Program-made: the position numbers and the translations under genes | Shown: piece by piece, positions 29,948 to 39,466 of the stretch | How positions within the stretch are numbered: position 1 is the stretch's first letter | Layout of the letters: each line of letters opens with the position of its first letter | Source of the DNA: Promethearchaeota archaeon | GTDB taxonomy: Archaea; Asgardarchaeota; Lokiarchaeia; Sigyniarchaeales; SOKP01 | DNA: 64,000 nt | Reading direction: 5' to 3' | Assembly: GCA_019057795.1 (NCBI GenBank) | Contig: JAHLWS010000030.1 | Coordinates: 1 to 64,000, forward strand | Notes under the pieces: model-generated | What the model saw: only the letters and a program-made list of their open reading frames with translations | Told to the model about the DNA's origin: nothing | Database searches by the model: none

Positions 29948-31042
29948 ATGCGAAAGTTAAAATATGCTTTAATAGGTTGTGGAAGAATTAGTAATAAACA
30001 TATACAAGCCATCGTTGCGAATAGAAATAAATTTTTACCAGTCGCTTGTGCTGATATTATATTAGATAGAACTCAAAAAGTTGCTGCTAAAATAGAAAAA
30101 TATTTTCAAGGTATTAAAATTAAAACTTATTCCTCTTATGAAAAAATGTTAGAAAATGAAAAATTGGATATAGTTGCTATAGCCACATTTTCTGGTAATC
30201 ATGCTGAAATTGCACTTAGAGCACTAGATTATGATATAAATGTAATTTGTGAGAAACCAATGGCACTATCTACTGAAGATTGTGATAAAATAATTGAAAA
30301 AGAAGAGAACACAGATGCTAAATTAACTATTTGCATGCAAAATAGATTTAATCAATCAATTCTAAAATTGAAAAAAGCTATTCAGCAAAATAAATTTGGT
30401 AAACTATATCATGGACAAATTTCCGTACGATGGAATAGAAATGTTGATTACTATAATCAAGCAGAATGGAGAAAAACATGGAAGAATGATGGGGGCGCTC
30501 TTATGAACCAATGTTCTCATGGGATAGACTTATTACAATGGATGATGGGGGGTAAACCCAAAGCTGTTTATGGGATAATTAAAAATTATCGGGGAATTAG
30601 AGAAGCAGAAGATTTCGGAAGTGCAATCATAGAGTTTGATAATAATTCTATAGGAATTATTGAGGGTACTGTCAATACATATCCGAGAAATTTAGAAATG
30701 AAGTTATCTATATTTGGTGAGAAAGGTACTGTAGTGATAGGAGGCTTAGCTGTTAATTATATAGAAACATGGCGAATTAATGGTAAAGAGTTTAAAGAGA
30801 ATTGCATGAATCCCCAAAATATCTATGGTGATGGTCATCTTCTTGTCTATGATAATTTTTATAATGCAATTATTAATAATAGAAATCCCTATATTAAACC
30901 CGCAGATGGAAAAAAAGCAGTAGAAATTATTTTAGGGGTTTATAAATCCTTCAAAATGGGAAAGAAAGTTAATTTTCCAATAGATTTTAGTACTAAAGAA
31001 ATGATTGGAACCTTTCGGAGTAATGAATCATGTCTGAAATAA
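29948..31042 (+). CDS. wbpB: Gfo/Idh/MocA oxidoreductase, WbpB/WlbA-like UDP-GlcNAcA 3-dehydrogenase
   Basis: IGCGRIS..H, CEKPMAL, QNRFN, DGGALMNQCSH. Confidence 0.8.
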   Translation: MRKLKYALIGCGRISNKHIQAIVANRNKFLPVACADIILDRTQKVAAKIEKYFQGIKIKTYSSYEKMLENEKLDIVAIATFSGNHAEIALRALDYDINVICEKPMALSTEDCDKIIEKEENTDAKLTICMQNRFNQSILKLKKAIQQNKFGKLYHGQISVRWNRNVDYYNQAEWRKTWKNDGGALMNQCSHGIDLLQWMMGGKPKAVYGIIKNYRGIREAEDFGSAIIEFDNNSIGIIEGTVNTYPRNLEMKLSIFGEKGTVVIGGLAVNYIETWRINGKEFKENCMNPQNIYGDGHLLVYDNFYNAIINNRNPYIKPADGKKAVEIILGVYKSFKMGKKVNFPIDFSTKEMIGTFRSNESCLK

Positions 31043-31125
31043 TTTTTAAAAATAATAGAGATCATAATTACAGATACCATAAGAGTTCTTATATTGATGA
31101 GGGTGCAAAAATTAGTGAAAATTAA
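31030..31125 (+). pseudogene. wbpD: Truncated WbpD/WlbB hexapeptide N-acetyltransferase
   Basis: MSEIIFKNNRDHNYRYHKSSYIDEGAKISEN*, overlapping the wbpB stop; resembles the H.SSYIDEGA.IG start of WbpD. Confidence 0.7.
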
Positions 31126-31288
31126 ATAGAAAGGCAAAAGTAAATCTACTGATTATTCTAAAAAGTTTCAATAATATAAAAAAAATTAGATTTCAATAAA
31201 AAATTCATTCTAATATAAGATATCAATACTTAAATAATCGTTAACATTCAATAAAACAATTCTCTAAATATGAAATGAGGATTTTTAA

Positions 31289-32053
31289 TTGAAATGTTCT
31301 TTTACTTATGATCATTATAGAGAAATATTGCAATTATTTCGAAATGAGGGATATAAAACCGTATCTTTCAGCTCTTTTAAACCAAAGGAGCCTTATCAAT
31401 TAATTTTAAGGCACGATATTGATTTTTTAGGAATAAATCTATCTATCTTAACGGATTTGGAAATGAAAATTGGTTTCCAATCAATAAATCATTTTTTAAT
31501 GACAAGTGAAGTATATAATATAAATTCACTTGCTGTAAAAAGCCTAATAAATAGACTAAGAAAAAATGGTCATCATTTGGGGTTACATATTGATCCAACT
31601 TTATTTTCTCTATATTCATCTAAACAGGAATTGCAAAATGAATTCAAAAATTTAATAAATATAGCTAATATTTACTTAGGACCACTTGACTCATATAGTT
31701 TTCATAGACCCGCTATTATCGGAACGAATAAAGATCTATTTCCAGAAAATTTTCCCTTTCAAGTTCCGAAATGTGCTTATAGTGATGAATTTACAAAAAG
31801 TATGATTTATCGAAGTGATTCCCGACGAGAATGGCAGAATGGTTGCATTTGTCAAGAAATAAAAGATCTCGACGGGCGATCTTTACAACTTTTAATACAT
31901 GCAAATTGGTGGGATTTAGAAGAAATCAATCGTGAACAGAATTTAAAGAATTATGTAAATACTCATTTACGATTAATTAAAGGTTATCTCGCAAATAATC
32001 TTTCATTTCTCCTAGAGAGTAAAATTTCATTAAAAGATTTTTTTATTGGATGA
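31289..32053 (+). CDS. Polysaccharide deacetylase-like (WbmS-like) protein
   Basis: LRHDIDF, GHHLGLH, SFHRP, YRSDS..W, QLLIH..WW. Confidence 0.75.
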   Translation: MKCSFTYDHYREILQLFRNEGYKTVSFSSFKPKEPYQLILRHDIDFLGINLSILTDLEMKIGFQSINHFLMTSEVYNINSLAVKSLINRLRKNGHHLGLHIDPTLFSLYSSKQELQNEFKNLINIANIYLGPLDSYSFHRPAIIGTNKDLFPENFPFQVPKCAYSDEFTKSMIYRSDSRREWQNGCICQEIKDLDGRSLQLLIHANWWDLEEINREQNLKNYVNTHLRLIKGYLANNLSFLLESKISLKDFFIG

Positions 32054-32302
32054 AATAGGAACAAATAACGGTAAGAAATAAATTTAAAAAACATCAATTT
32101 CCTTCAGCGAAGGTTTATCTTGTTAAAAATATTAATTGCATTTAAATTTATTTAGAATGATTCTCCCCTAAAATATTATTATTTGGATTTTATCTGATGG
32201 GAATTGAATATTAAACTGGATAATTTCCAGATATTGCAAAGCAAAATTAAGACAATGGAAAAGTAAAATAATTAGAAAAGATTAAAAATATTAAAATTTG
32301 GT

Positions 32303-33463
32303 GTGATTATTATAATGAAGGTGGTATTGCTTGAAAATGCTAATTTAACAAGTCAACTCGCTTTATCTTCACGACTTATTTCTTTTGCAAGATATCTAAA
32401 AAGTCAAGGTGATGAAGTCACTATTATATGTGCTAATAAAGATTCTTATATTAGGGATAGAATAAAAATAATTGGAAATAATTGCTCTACATACACTCCA
32501 TTAGGAAACCTAAAATATATACTTAAAACAAGTATAATATTAAAAAAATTAGGAGATATAGATATTATACATGTTTTCCAACCTAATCTTAGTGCACTCG
32601 CTCCAATTTTTATAAGTAGAATAAAATCAAAAACTAAATGTAAAGTTGTTAATGATATTCGTTCTTTATGGATTGAAATGGGTATTGCAAAGATTGAATT
32701 ATCAATGAAAAAAGGTCGAATTTTACAGTTTCTATTATATTCTATTGAATCAATGCTATTAAATCAAGTAGATTTGCATATTTTTATAACAAAAGACCAT
32801 AAAAGACATTATGAAAAAATAACAAAAAAAAAAATTCCAAATTCAATTATAATCCCCAATGCAATAGATTATAAAAATTTTAATTTAGAAAAAAGAATAG
32901 GTAATAATGAAAGGATAATTTTTGGATATATTGGTTCTTTACAAAAACTTAGGGGATTAGAAAAAATTTATTCAGTATTTAAAAAAATTAAAGACGTGGA
33001 ATTGCATCTTTATGGTTCTCCAGAACCAGGTAATTTGCCAGAAAATGTTAAATTTTTTAGATATATATCTTATGATGAAATTCCTAATATTTTGAGGAAG
33101 TTTGATGTTGGACTTGTACATGTGAATAATTCATCCAATTATTGGTATGGGTTAATTACAAATATGGATGGGTATCCTCGAAAAATTTTAGAGTATATGG
33201 GAGCTTCTTTACCGATATTGTCATCAAATCAAAAAGTAAACAAAACTGCATGTAGAGAATGTGCTCTTTTTTATGATCCTTATAACATAACCGATATAAA
33301 AGAAAAGATAAGAACCTTCAGGGATAACGAAGGAATGCGAATAAAAATGGGAAAAAAAGGAAATGAAATTCTGAAGCAGAATTATTCATATGAAATAGTA
33401 GGTAAAAAATTAAGAGGTTTTTATAAATTCCTTATCAATTCTAAATTAGGAAGCGAAACTTAG
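32303..33463 (+). CDS. Glycosyltransferase family 4
   Basis: IPNAID, GYIGSL...RG, PRKILEYMGASLPI. Confidence 0.85.
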   Translation: MIIIMKVVLLENANLTSQLALSSRLISFARYLKSQGDEVTIICANKDSYIRDRIKIIGNNCSTYTPLGNLKYILKTSIILKKLGDIDIIHVFQPNLSALAPIFISRIKSKTKCKVVNDIRSLWIEMGIAKIELSMKKGRILQFLLYSIESMLLNQVDLHIFITKDHKRHYEKITKKKIPNSIIIPNAIDYKNFNLEKRIGNNERIIFGYIGSLQKLRGLEKIYSVFKKIKDVELHLYGSPEPGNLPENVKFFRYISYDEIPNILRKFDVGLVHVNNSSNYWYGLITNMDGYPRKILEYMGASLPILSSNQKVNKTACRECALFYDPYNITDIKEKIRTFRDNEGMRIKMGKKGNEILKQNYSYEIVGKKLRGFYKFLINSKLGSET

Positions 33464-34091
33464 TAAATTCATTATCTGGTTTTAAATTTTCGATAGAATG
33501 AATATCCCCACCCCTTACAAAGTTTACACCATAAATTCTGGCTTTGTCAATCCATTTTTTGGGGGGTAAATCATATTTCTTATTAATTTCTAACATAATT
33601 CTTTTTTCTCTCATAATTTCGAAGATGGAATTCAATAGACTATCAGGTATAATTTCATTGATTTTTTTGAAAAATAATCCTGGATGCATCCATGTGTCAA
33701 TTGCATAATTATTAAATACTTTAATTAAACTTTCATAGAAGAGGTTTATATCATTAGGAAAGGAATGAAATGCTACACCAATGTACTCTGCATTTCTTAA
33801 TATAGGTTTAGTTATATCTAACTCCCCAGAAGGAAGAATTTTTGTTTCAATTCCAGAAATAATAATTAATTGATCAAACTTATTCCTAGCTTCTTTAATA
33901 TCATAAATAAATTTATTGTAATCATAACTTAATTCTTTACTAACATGTTCTGTAAAACAAATTAGCGGTATATTTACTTCTATGGCTTTTCTGCAAATTT
34001 CATGAATTGAATTTTTTCCATCAGTGTAATTGGTATGAATATGCCATTCACCAGTAATTAAGAATTCCTTATATTTATCACAATTTTTCAT
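33441..34091 (-). CDS. PHP-domain phosphoesterase
   Basis: HIHTNYTDG, FTEH, GIE, HP, EIN, GGDIH. Confidence 0.9.
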   Translation of the reverse strand: MKNCDKYKEFLITGEWHIHTNYTDGKNSIHEICRKAIEVNIPLICFTEHVSKELSYDYNKFIYDIKEARNKFDQLIIISGIETKILPSGELDITKPILRNAEYIGVAFHSFPNDINLFYESLIKVFNNYAIDTWMHPGLFFKKINEIIPDSLLNSIFEIMREKRIMLEINKKYDLPPKKWIDKARIYGVNFVRGGDIHSIENLKPDNEFTKFRFLI

Positions 34092-35146
34092 ATTTCAACA
34101 ACCTTTTGACCATCAATACCCAACCCTCCCCAATATCTTAGAAATTTAGTCCCCCACTTAATTTTTGGTACTAAAAACTCTTCATCTAATGCTTGTTTAA
34201 CCGAACCGTATATTATATTGGCTCCAGATAAAGTTGACAACACCATTGTACCTTGTATTCTAGGATTTGACTCTAATAAAATAGGCATTCCATTTTCTTT
34301 TTCTTTAAATTGAAATCCAAAGGCATATTCCAGATTTATTTTATCACTCAGTTTTTGAGTAAATTCAATTATATCATCTCTTTTTTCTGTGATTCCAAGA
34401 AAAGTAATTCCAGATCTAATTTGTTCTCTTTTTCGTGGAATTATTATAGTCATATTGTTTTCTTTTCTTAACACATCTACAGTAAATTCTGCGCCTGGTA
34501 AAAATTCCATTATCATTACAGGTATAAATTCATTACCTAATTCTGTATGAAGTAAATCTAAATTTGTGTGAATTCCTGTAGGTTTTTGCGTGTAAAAATC
34601 ATCTTTAGATTTGCTTTTCTTAGAAAGCACCCTAAATCCTCTCATACCATTACCTAAAGGATACTTTATTACCACATTATTTTCTGGATAATTATAGGAT
34701 TTTACTTTTTTAGTCAAATCATTCCAATTACTTACTAGATCACATTTAGGCACGGGTAAATTAATTTTTTCTGCTTTTTTTATGAGTTTATATTTATCAT
34801 TTGCGATATTTATAGCTTCATTATCAGAAATAGCTATTTTTATCCCTTCTCTCTCAAAAACTTCCTTGTATTTAGATAGTTTATCTAATTCTTTTGTAAC
34901 TTGAGGTAAGATAACATCAACCTTTTCTTTTTTAGAAATACTAATGAGATCACTAATAAATGTTTGTTCAGATGGTTTTTTTATTTGATAAAATTTATCA
35001 CAAAGATATTTACCTATTACTCCTTCTCTTATATCTACTCCAATGGTTTTGATCTTCCGTCCCTCATAATTATTATGCAAAGAATAAAGTGTTCCTCGTA
35101 TACCAGGGGCACCTGCTCCAGTTATTAACACAATTATATCTTCCAT
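34088..35146 (-). CDS. ATP-grasp ligase (CarB-like, glycan-locus type)
   Basis: ITGAGAPG, ANDK, GMRGF, EFLPGAEFTVD, LESNPR. Confidence 0.85.
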   Translation of the reverse strand: MEDIIVLITGAGAPGIRGTLYSLHNNYEGRKIKTIGVDIREGVIGKYLCDKFYQIKKPSEQTFISDLISISKKEKVDVILPQVTKELDKLSKYKEVFEREGIKIAISDNEAINIANDKYKLIKKAEKINLPVPKCDLVSNWNDLTKKVKSYNYPENNVVIKYPLGNGMRGFRVLSKKSKSKDDFYTQKPTGIHTNLDLLHTELGNEFIPVMIMEFLPGAEFTVDVLRKENNMTIIIPRKREQIRSGITFLGITEKRDDIIEFTQKLSDKINLEYAFGFQFKEKENGMPILLESNPRIQGTMVLSTLSGANIIYGSVKQALDEEFLVPKIKWGTKFLRYWGGLGIDGQKVVEI

Positions 35147-35392
35147 CTTATTATCTCCAAGATAGCTTTATATAAAATTTATTACCTATGATCCTACTAT
35201 TAAATATTGCCCAGAATTATAATTAAAACTTTGTTCATTTAATTTTTTATTTAGAAAGTATAAGCTTTTTCAAAGAGTAAGGAGTTTGAATGAGCAACTA
35301 TCTGATAGATAGAAAGAATGAGAAATCTAAAATTTCAATACTGATTCCTTGATTAAACTGAAGTCATTTTAAAACGTTTCAAAAAAATGATT

Positions 35393-36184
35393 TTAAAAAA
35401 AGACTTTTAAAATAGTTCCTGCTGCTCTGTAAAAATATTCTAAGATATTACTAAATAATCTACTTTTTCGAGTTTTTATTGCTTGAATAGGTATTTCTTT
35501 TAGCTTTTTCTTATTTCTAATTACCCTTATCAATTGCTCTTGAGTGTAAGTGAATTTGCTCTCAATTGGTAGCTGAGCTATCTCTCTAGTAAAAGCTCTA
35601 AAACCTGTCGTAGTATCATAAATATTTTTTCTCAGAAGTAAACTCAGAACTTTTGCAAAAAAATGGTTACCTAATTTCTTACCAATGGATCCAGAGTAGA
35701 TTCCTTTACCGAATCGTGAGCCTAATACAAGGTCATATCCTTCAATAATACCTTCAATCATTTTTGGAATGTATTTAGGAGGATATTGCCCATCAGCGTC
35801 GATATGAACAATGATATCTGCTTTCAAATCTCTACAAATTTCCATTTCCTTTCTAAAAGTATGGGCGAGCCCCATATGACATCCATTTGAAAAGAAGAGT
35901 ACACCATTATCTTTTGTTATCCTTTCTGTCTTATCTACACTTCCATCATCGACTACCATGATCTGATATATATAATTGGTATTTTTCATCACAGTTTTTA
36001 TTTCATTAATAACCGCTCCAATACTACCTTCCTCATTATAGGCGGGTATAGTTATAACGACTTTCTTATTTGATGGGATCGCACTAAATTTATTTATAAT
36101 CTTTTCTTGTTCAATATCTTCTAGATTAACTCGATCTTTTAGGATAGATTTTTGTGTGGTTTGGTTAATTCTCTTTGTTTCCAT
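35393..36184 (-). CDS. GT2, DPM1/AglD-like polyprenyl-phosphate glycosyltransferase
   Basis: IPAYNEE, VVDDGS.D, IDADGQY, GSRF, DTTTGFRA. Confidence 0.88.
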   Translation of the reverse strand: METKRINQTTQKSILKDRVNLEDIEQEKIINKFSAIPSNKKVVITIPAYNEEGSIGAVINEIKTVMKNTNYIYQIMVVDDGSVDKTERITKDNGVLFFSNGCHMGLAHTFRKEMEICRDLKADIIVHIDADGQYPPKYIPKMIEGIIEGYDLVLGSRFGKGIYSGSIGKKLGNHFFAKVLSLLLRKNIYDTTTGFRAFTREIAQLPIESKFTYTQEQLIRVIRNKKKLKEIPIQAIKTRKSRLFSNILEYFYRAAGTILKVFF

Positions 36185-36469
36185 TATTCTCAGGATTTTT
36201 ATTTTTTTGGTAAAAAACTACCTATTCCGTCCTTACCTAATAGCTAATATAATAACTACTTTATGAAACTAATGATATTTAGGATAGTTGAAATTTTATA
36301 GTTTTGTCAATGGATAATATTATGTTTCTTTTCTTTATAAAAGTTAACTTAAATCTATATGTATACTGAAAATGCATTTGAAGTTTTACACCAAATTGTT
36401 TTTGAAATCCTTATATTATTATTAGAATAAGTGACTAAATTAATATAAAAAAGAGGAAAAATAGTTTTA

Positions 36470-37030
36470 TTTTTTCATTACTAGCATTAAATATCTTCCA
36501 AATCCATCTTCAGTTAGATATTTTAAATTATAATACTTAAATTTAAGATTCTTTAACAGATTTTAGCATACTTTCTATATTGATTTTTATGTATATCATC
36601 AAGTATAACTATACTTCCAGTGTGAGCTAGATTAAGAACTTTAATAAGATTTTTTTTTCTAACTTCCATATTTCCAAGATCATAGAAAATAAAATCAAAA
36701 ATAGGTTTATTTTCTTTATTAAACTCTTTCCAGGTTAGTAGATTTTCAGTGTTGAGATTATGCATGTTTAAAAAATTATTTGTTTTTTCTAACCATTCAG
36801 ATGAGTTGTCTATTGACCAAACTGAGAATTGGTGTTTTGTTATTTTTAAATGAAAACGAGCTAAAAACGAGCTAAAACCTGAACCTAAATCTAAAAAACT
36901 TTTAGGTTCTAAAATATATAAAATAGAAATAAGAAATATAGATAACTTAAATGAAATCGCCATACTTTCATTTGAGACTTGTGAAACATATTGATTATAA
37001 AATTTTTGTAATTTTGGAGTGAAAATTTCA
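36470..37030 (-). pseudogene. Class I SAM methyltransferase, eroded at both ends
   Basis: LDLGSGFSS, FDFIFYD, VILDD; C-terminal frameshift (tail DGFGRY in another frame); frame open upstream without a start. Confidence 0.65.
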
Positions 37031-37542
37031 AGATATTTAATATCCCAATTTCATTTCTTGGTCGTTCTTTGCTATTTGTTTCTGTTTTGTAAGATTTTGT
37101 ACCGTTTTATTCTCAGAATATAAAACGGAAGATTAAAATTTTTTAATGGTTTGTCTTCTGAAGACAAACCTTTTTTTTGTTCCTTTCTTACATGAATTGA
37201 TTTTTTTATGAAGGGTTACTAAAATTTTGAAGGGTTATTACTTTTTTTTTCTTAGTAGTTGAAATATCAAAATTGTTTTTTCTATGTATTGAATATAGAC
37301 ATTCTAATCATATTTTCTAATTTTTTAAATTGAAATTTAATATGATATTTTTTTTGTAGTATATTTACATTACTAAGAAAATAAAACTACTAAGAAACCA
37401 TTAAAAGAAAAAAACCCCTTAGAAATTTTTAATAATAAAATCCCAAAAATCTAAAGATTAAAAAAACCATTAAAGCAAATTTAATTTACTATTAGAGCTT
37501 TAGAATGTTCTAAAAATTAAATTCAGAATAAAGCATAGATGT

Positions 37543-39462
37543 TTAATATATTTTCCATATCAAAAAATGATGAGTTGCGAAAACGGGTTCATATGATTCT
37601 GATTGCTGTAGAGATTGGATTAATGGCCAATTATTTACTCCGCCTGGCTCAAATGTTTCTTTAATAGTTATAATATATTGTACATTATAAGAGAGCAATG
37701 TGTTAAAGTCATTCCCCTCTCTTACATCTAATTCCCTTATAGATATAATTAACTCATTTATCGGATCCGTTTGAGTAAAATTGAAAAAAGTAAAACGAAG
37801 AAGAGCATCTAATGAAAATTTTGTATTTTCATAAACGTAATTAGGAGTGATAAGACCATAAAATAAGGGTAATCCAATTTCGACAGGTCCACTAAAAGTG
37901 GGTAGAAATCCCACGCCCCCAATTCTTTCAGAGATATAACGATTGGAAACAAAAATTAATCCATCAATATCTTCATTTTGAAGGTATTCTATAATTTCGA
38001 TTTCTTCATCGGTTAAATATCTATTTTCCCATGGATAGGGACTGTTACTCCTATCAAATCTACCTGTTTCTAAATTTATTACCGAATTTGCTAAAATTGA
38101 AATTGTTAATGCAATAATCCAGACTCCTTTTTTCAATTTATGGGGATCAAAAGAAACTCGTGAAAAATTTAGATTATTATAATTATTAACTGTAAAAACA
38201 GACAAAAATAAGATTAAAGAAACAAGCAAGAATAAGAATGCACCCCAAAGTACAATTTTTGAATAAAATTCGAACCTTAGAAGGTAATAACCCATTAATG
38301 AAAATAGAAGGAGTATTGGGAAGATCCATTCTAATTTTTTGGAAAAGCTTGATATATAATTTTTAACGTAAATTAGACCCTGTACAGAAAATATAATTAT
38401 AATAGGTAAAAATACGACTATTGCATAAAAGGTAGTAAAAACGAAAAATAATAAGGGTATAAGAAAAAGAAGTAGATAATAAAAGCTGTCTGTTAATTCG
38501 TGACTGGTATTTGTAGGTTGTATTTTCTTTTTTTTAGATTTAAAAAATAGATTAAAATTATCGAATGTAAAAGTTAATTTATAGACCGTTATTAATACAC
38601 CAAACGGGAAAAAAATGGTAATTAATCCTACTGCATACCCATAATAAAGACTTAAAAATATGCTTATGTCGATAAAATTGGCATCACTACTATAACCATA
38701 ACGGTCTAAACCAAAAAATTCGAACCCAAAGAAAAATACGAGTATGCTTAGCGGAATAATCAAAAATACAGAGAGATGATATAATTTTTTATATTTTCGA
38801 ATAAGTAATGTAAATATTATGAATATTATCGTTATTACTGTATTCATCCAAAGTCTGTGAGCTAATGCACCAACCAAGAGGATTAAAATCACGAAGATTG
38901 TTGTTTTAAATTTGATTTTGGCACCCTTTTGTAAGATTTTTAAATTTAAATTTAAAAGAACAAGCATGACAATAGTTATAATAATTCTAGTACTCACGGT
39001 CATTGCGAAATCTTGAATTGCATTCGGGGATAACAAAATAGCAGCTACAAATACAAATCGGCTCCATTCTTCTTCGAATAGTCTATTTCCGAGATTTCGA
39101 GAGCTTTTATAGATAATTATGATGAGTATAATATCGAAGGCTAATATCGCTTCAGTTATACCAAATATACCAAATGAAAAAAAGTTCAGAAGGCTTATTA
39201 AAAAGGCAAGGAACATGGGAACGCCTACTGCTCGATGAGAAAAAGGATAATACCCAAAATAGGAAAAGGGGGAGATTAACCACGTATTATCAGAAAATAA
39301 TGCCCCATCTCTAAGAGCATTTGCCATCCACATCACTTGAAATGCGTCTACTCCATATATGAGCGGGTAAGTGGTTAAAGGAATAATAATTGCCACTAGA
39401 ACAAGGACAAGGTAATAAAGGCTGGTTTTTTTTATAGTAATTTTCTTAAATCTGTAGTTCAT
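37543..39462 (-). CDS. Polytopic membrane protein, GT-C-like (paralog 2)
   Basis: Same architecture as 25090..27039: YGVDAFQ, YFGYYPFSHRA, PYPWEN..LTDEEI, YNVQYII. Confidence 0.6.
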   Translation of the reverse strand: MNYRFKKITIKKTSLYYLVLVLVAIIIPLTTYPLIYGVDAFQVMWMANALRDGALFSDNTWLISPFSYFGYYPFSHRAVGVPMFLAFLISLLNFFSFGIFGITEAILAFDIILIIIIYKSSRNLGNRLFEEEWSRFVFVAAILLSPNAIQDFAMTVSTRIIITIVMLVLLNLNLKILQKGAKIKFKTTIFVILILLVGALAHRLWMNTVITIIFIIFTLLIRKYKKLYHLSVFLIIPLSILVFFFGFEFFGLDRYGYSSDANFIDISIFLSLYYGYAVGLITIFFPFGVLITVYKLTFTFDNFNLFFKSKKKKIQPTNTSHELTDSFYYLLLFLIPLLFFVFTTFYAIVVFLPIIIIFSVQGLIYVKNYISSFSKKLEWIFPILLLFSLMGYYLLRFEFYSKIVLWGAFLFLLVSLILFLSVFTVNNYNNLNFSRVSFDPHKLKKGVWIIALTISILANSVINLETGRFDRSNSPYPWENRYLTDEEIEIIEYLQNEDIDGLIFVSNRYISERIGGVGFLPTFSGPVEIGLPLFYGLITPNYVYENTKFSLDALLRFTFFNFTQTDPINELIISIRELDVREGNDFNTLLSYNVQYIITIKETFEPGGVNNWPLIQSLQQSESYEPVFATHHFLIWKIY

Positions 39463-39466
39463 ATCC

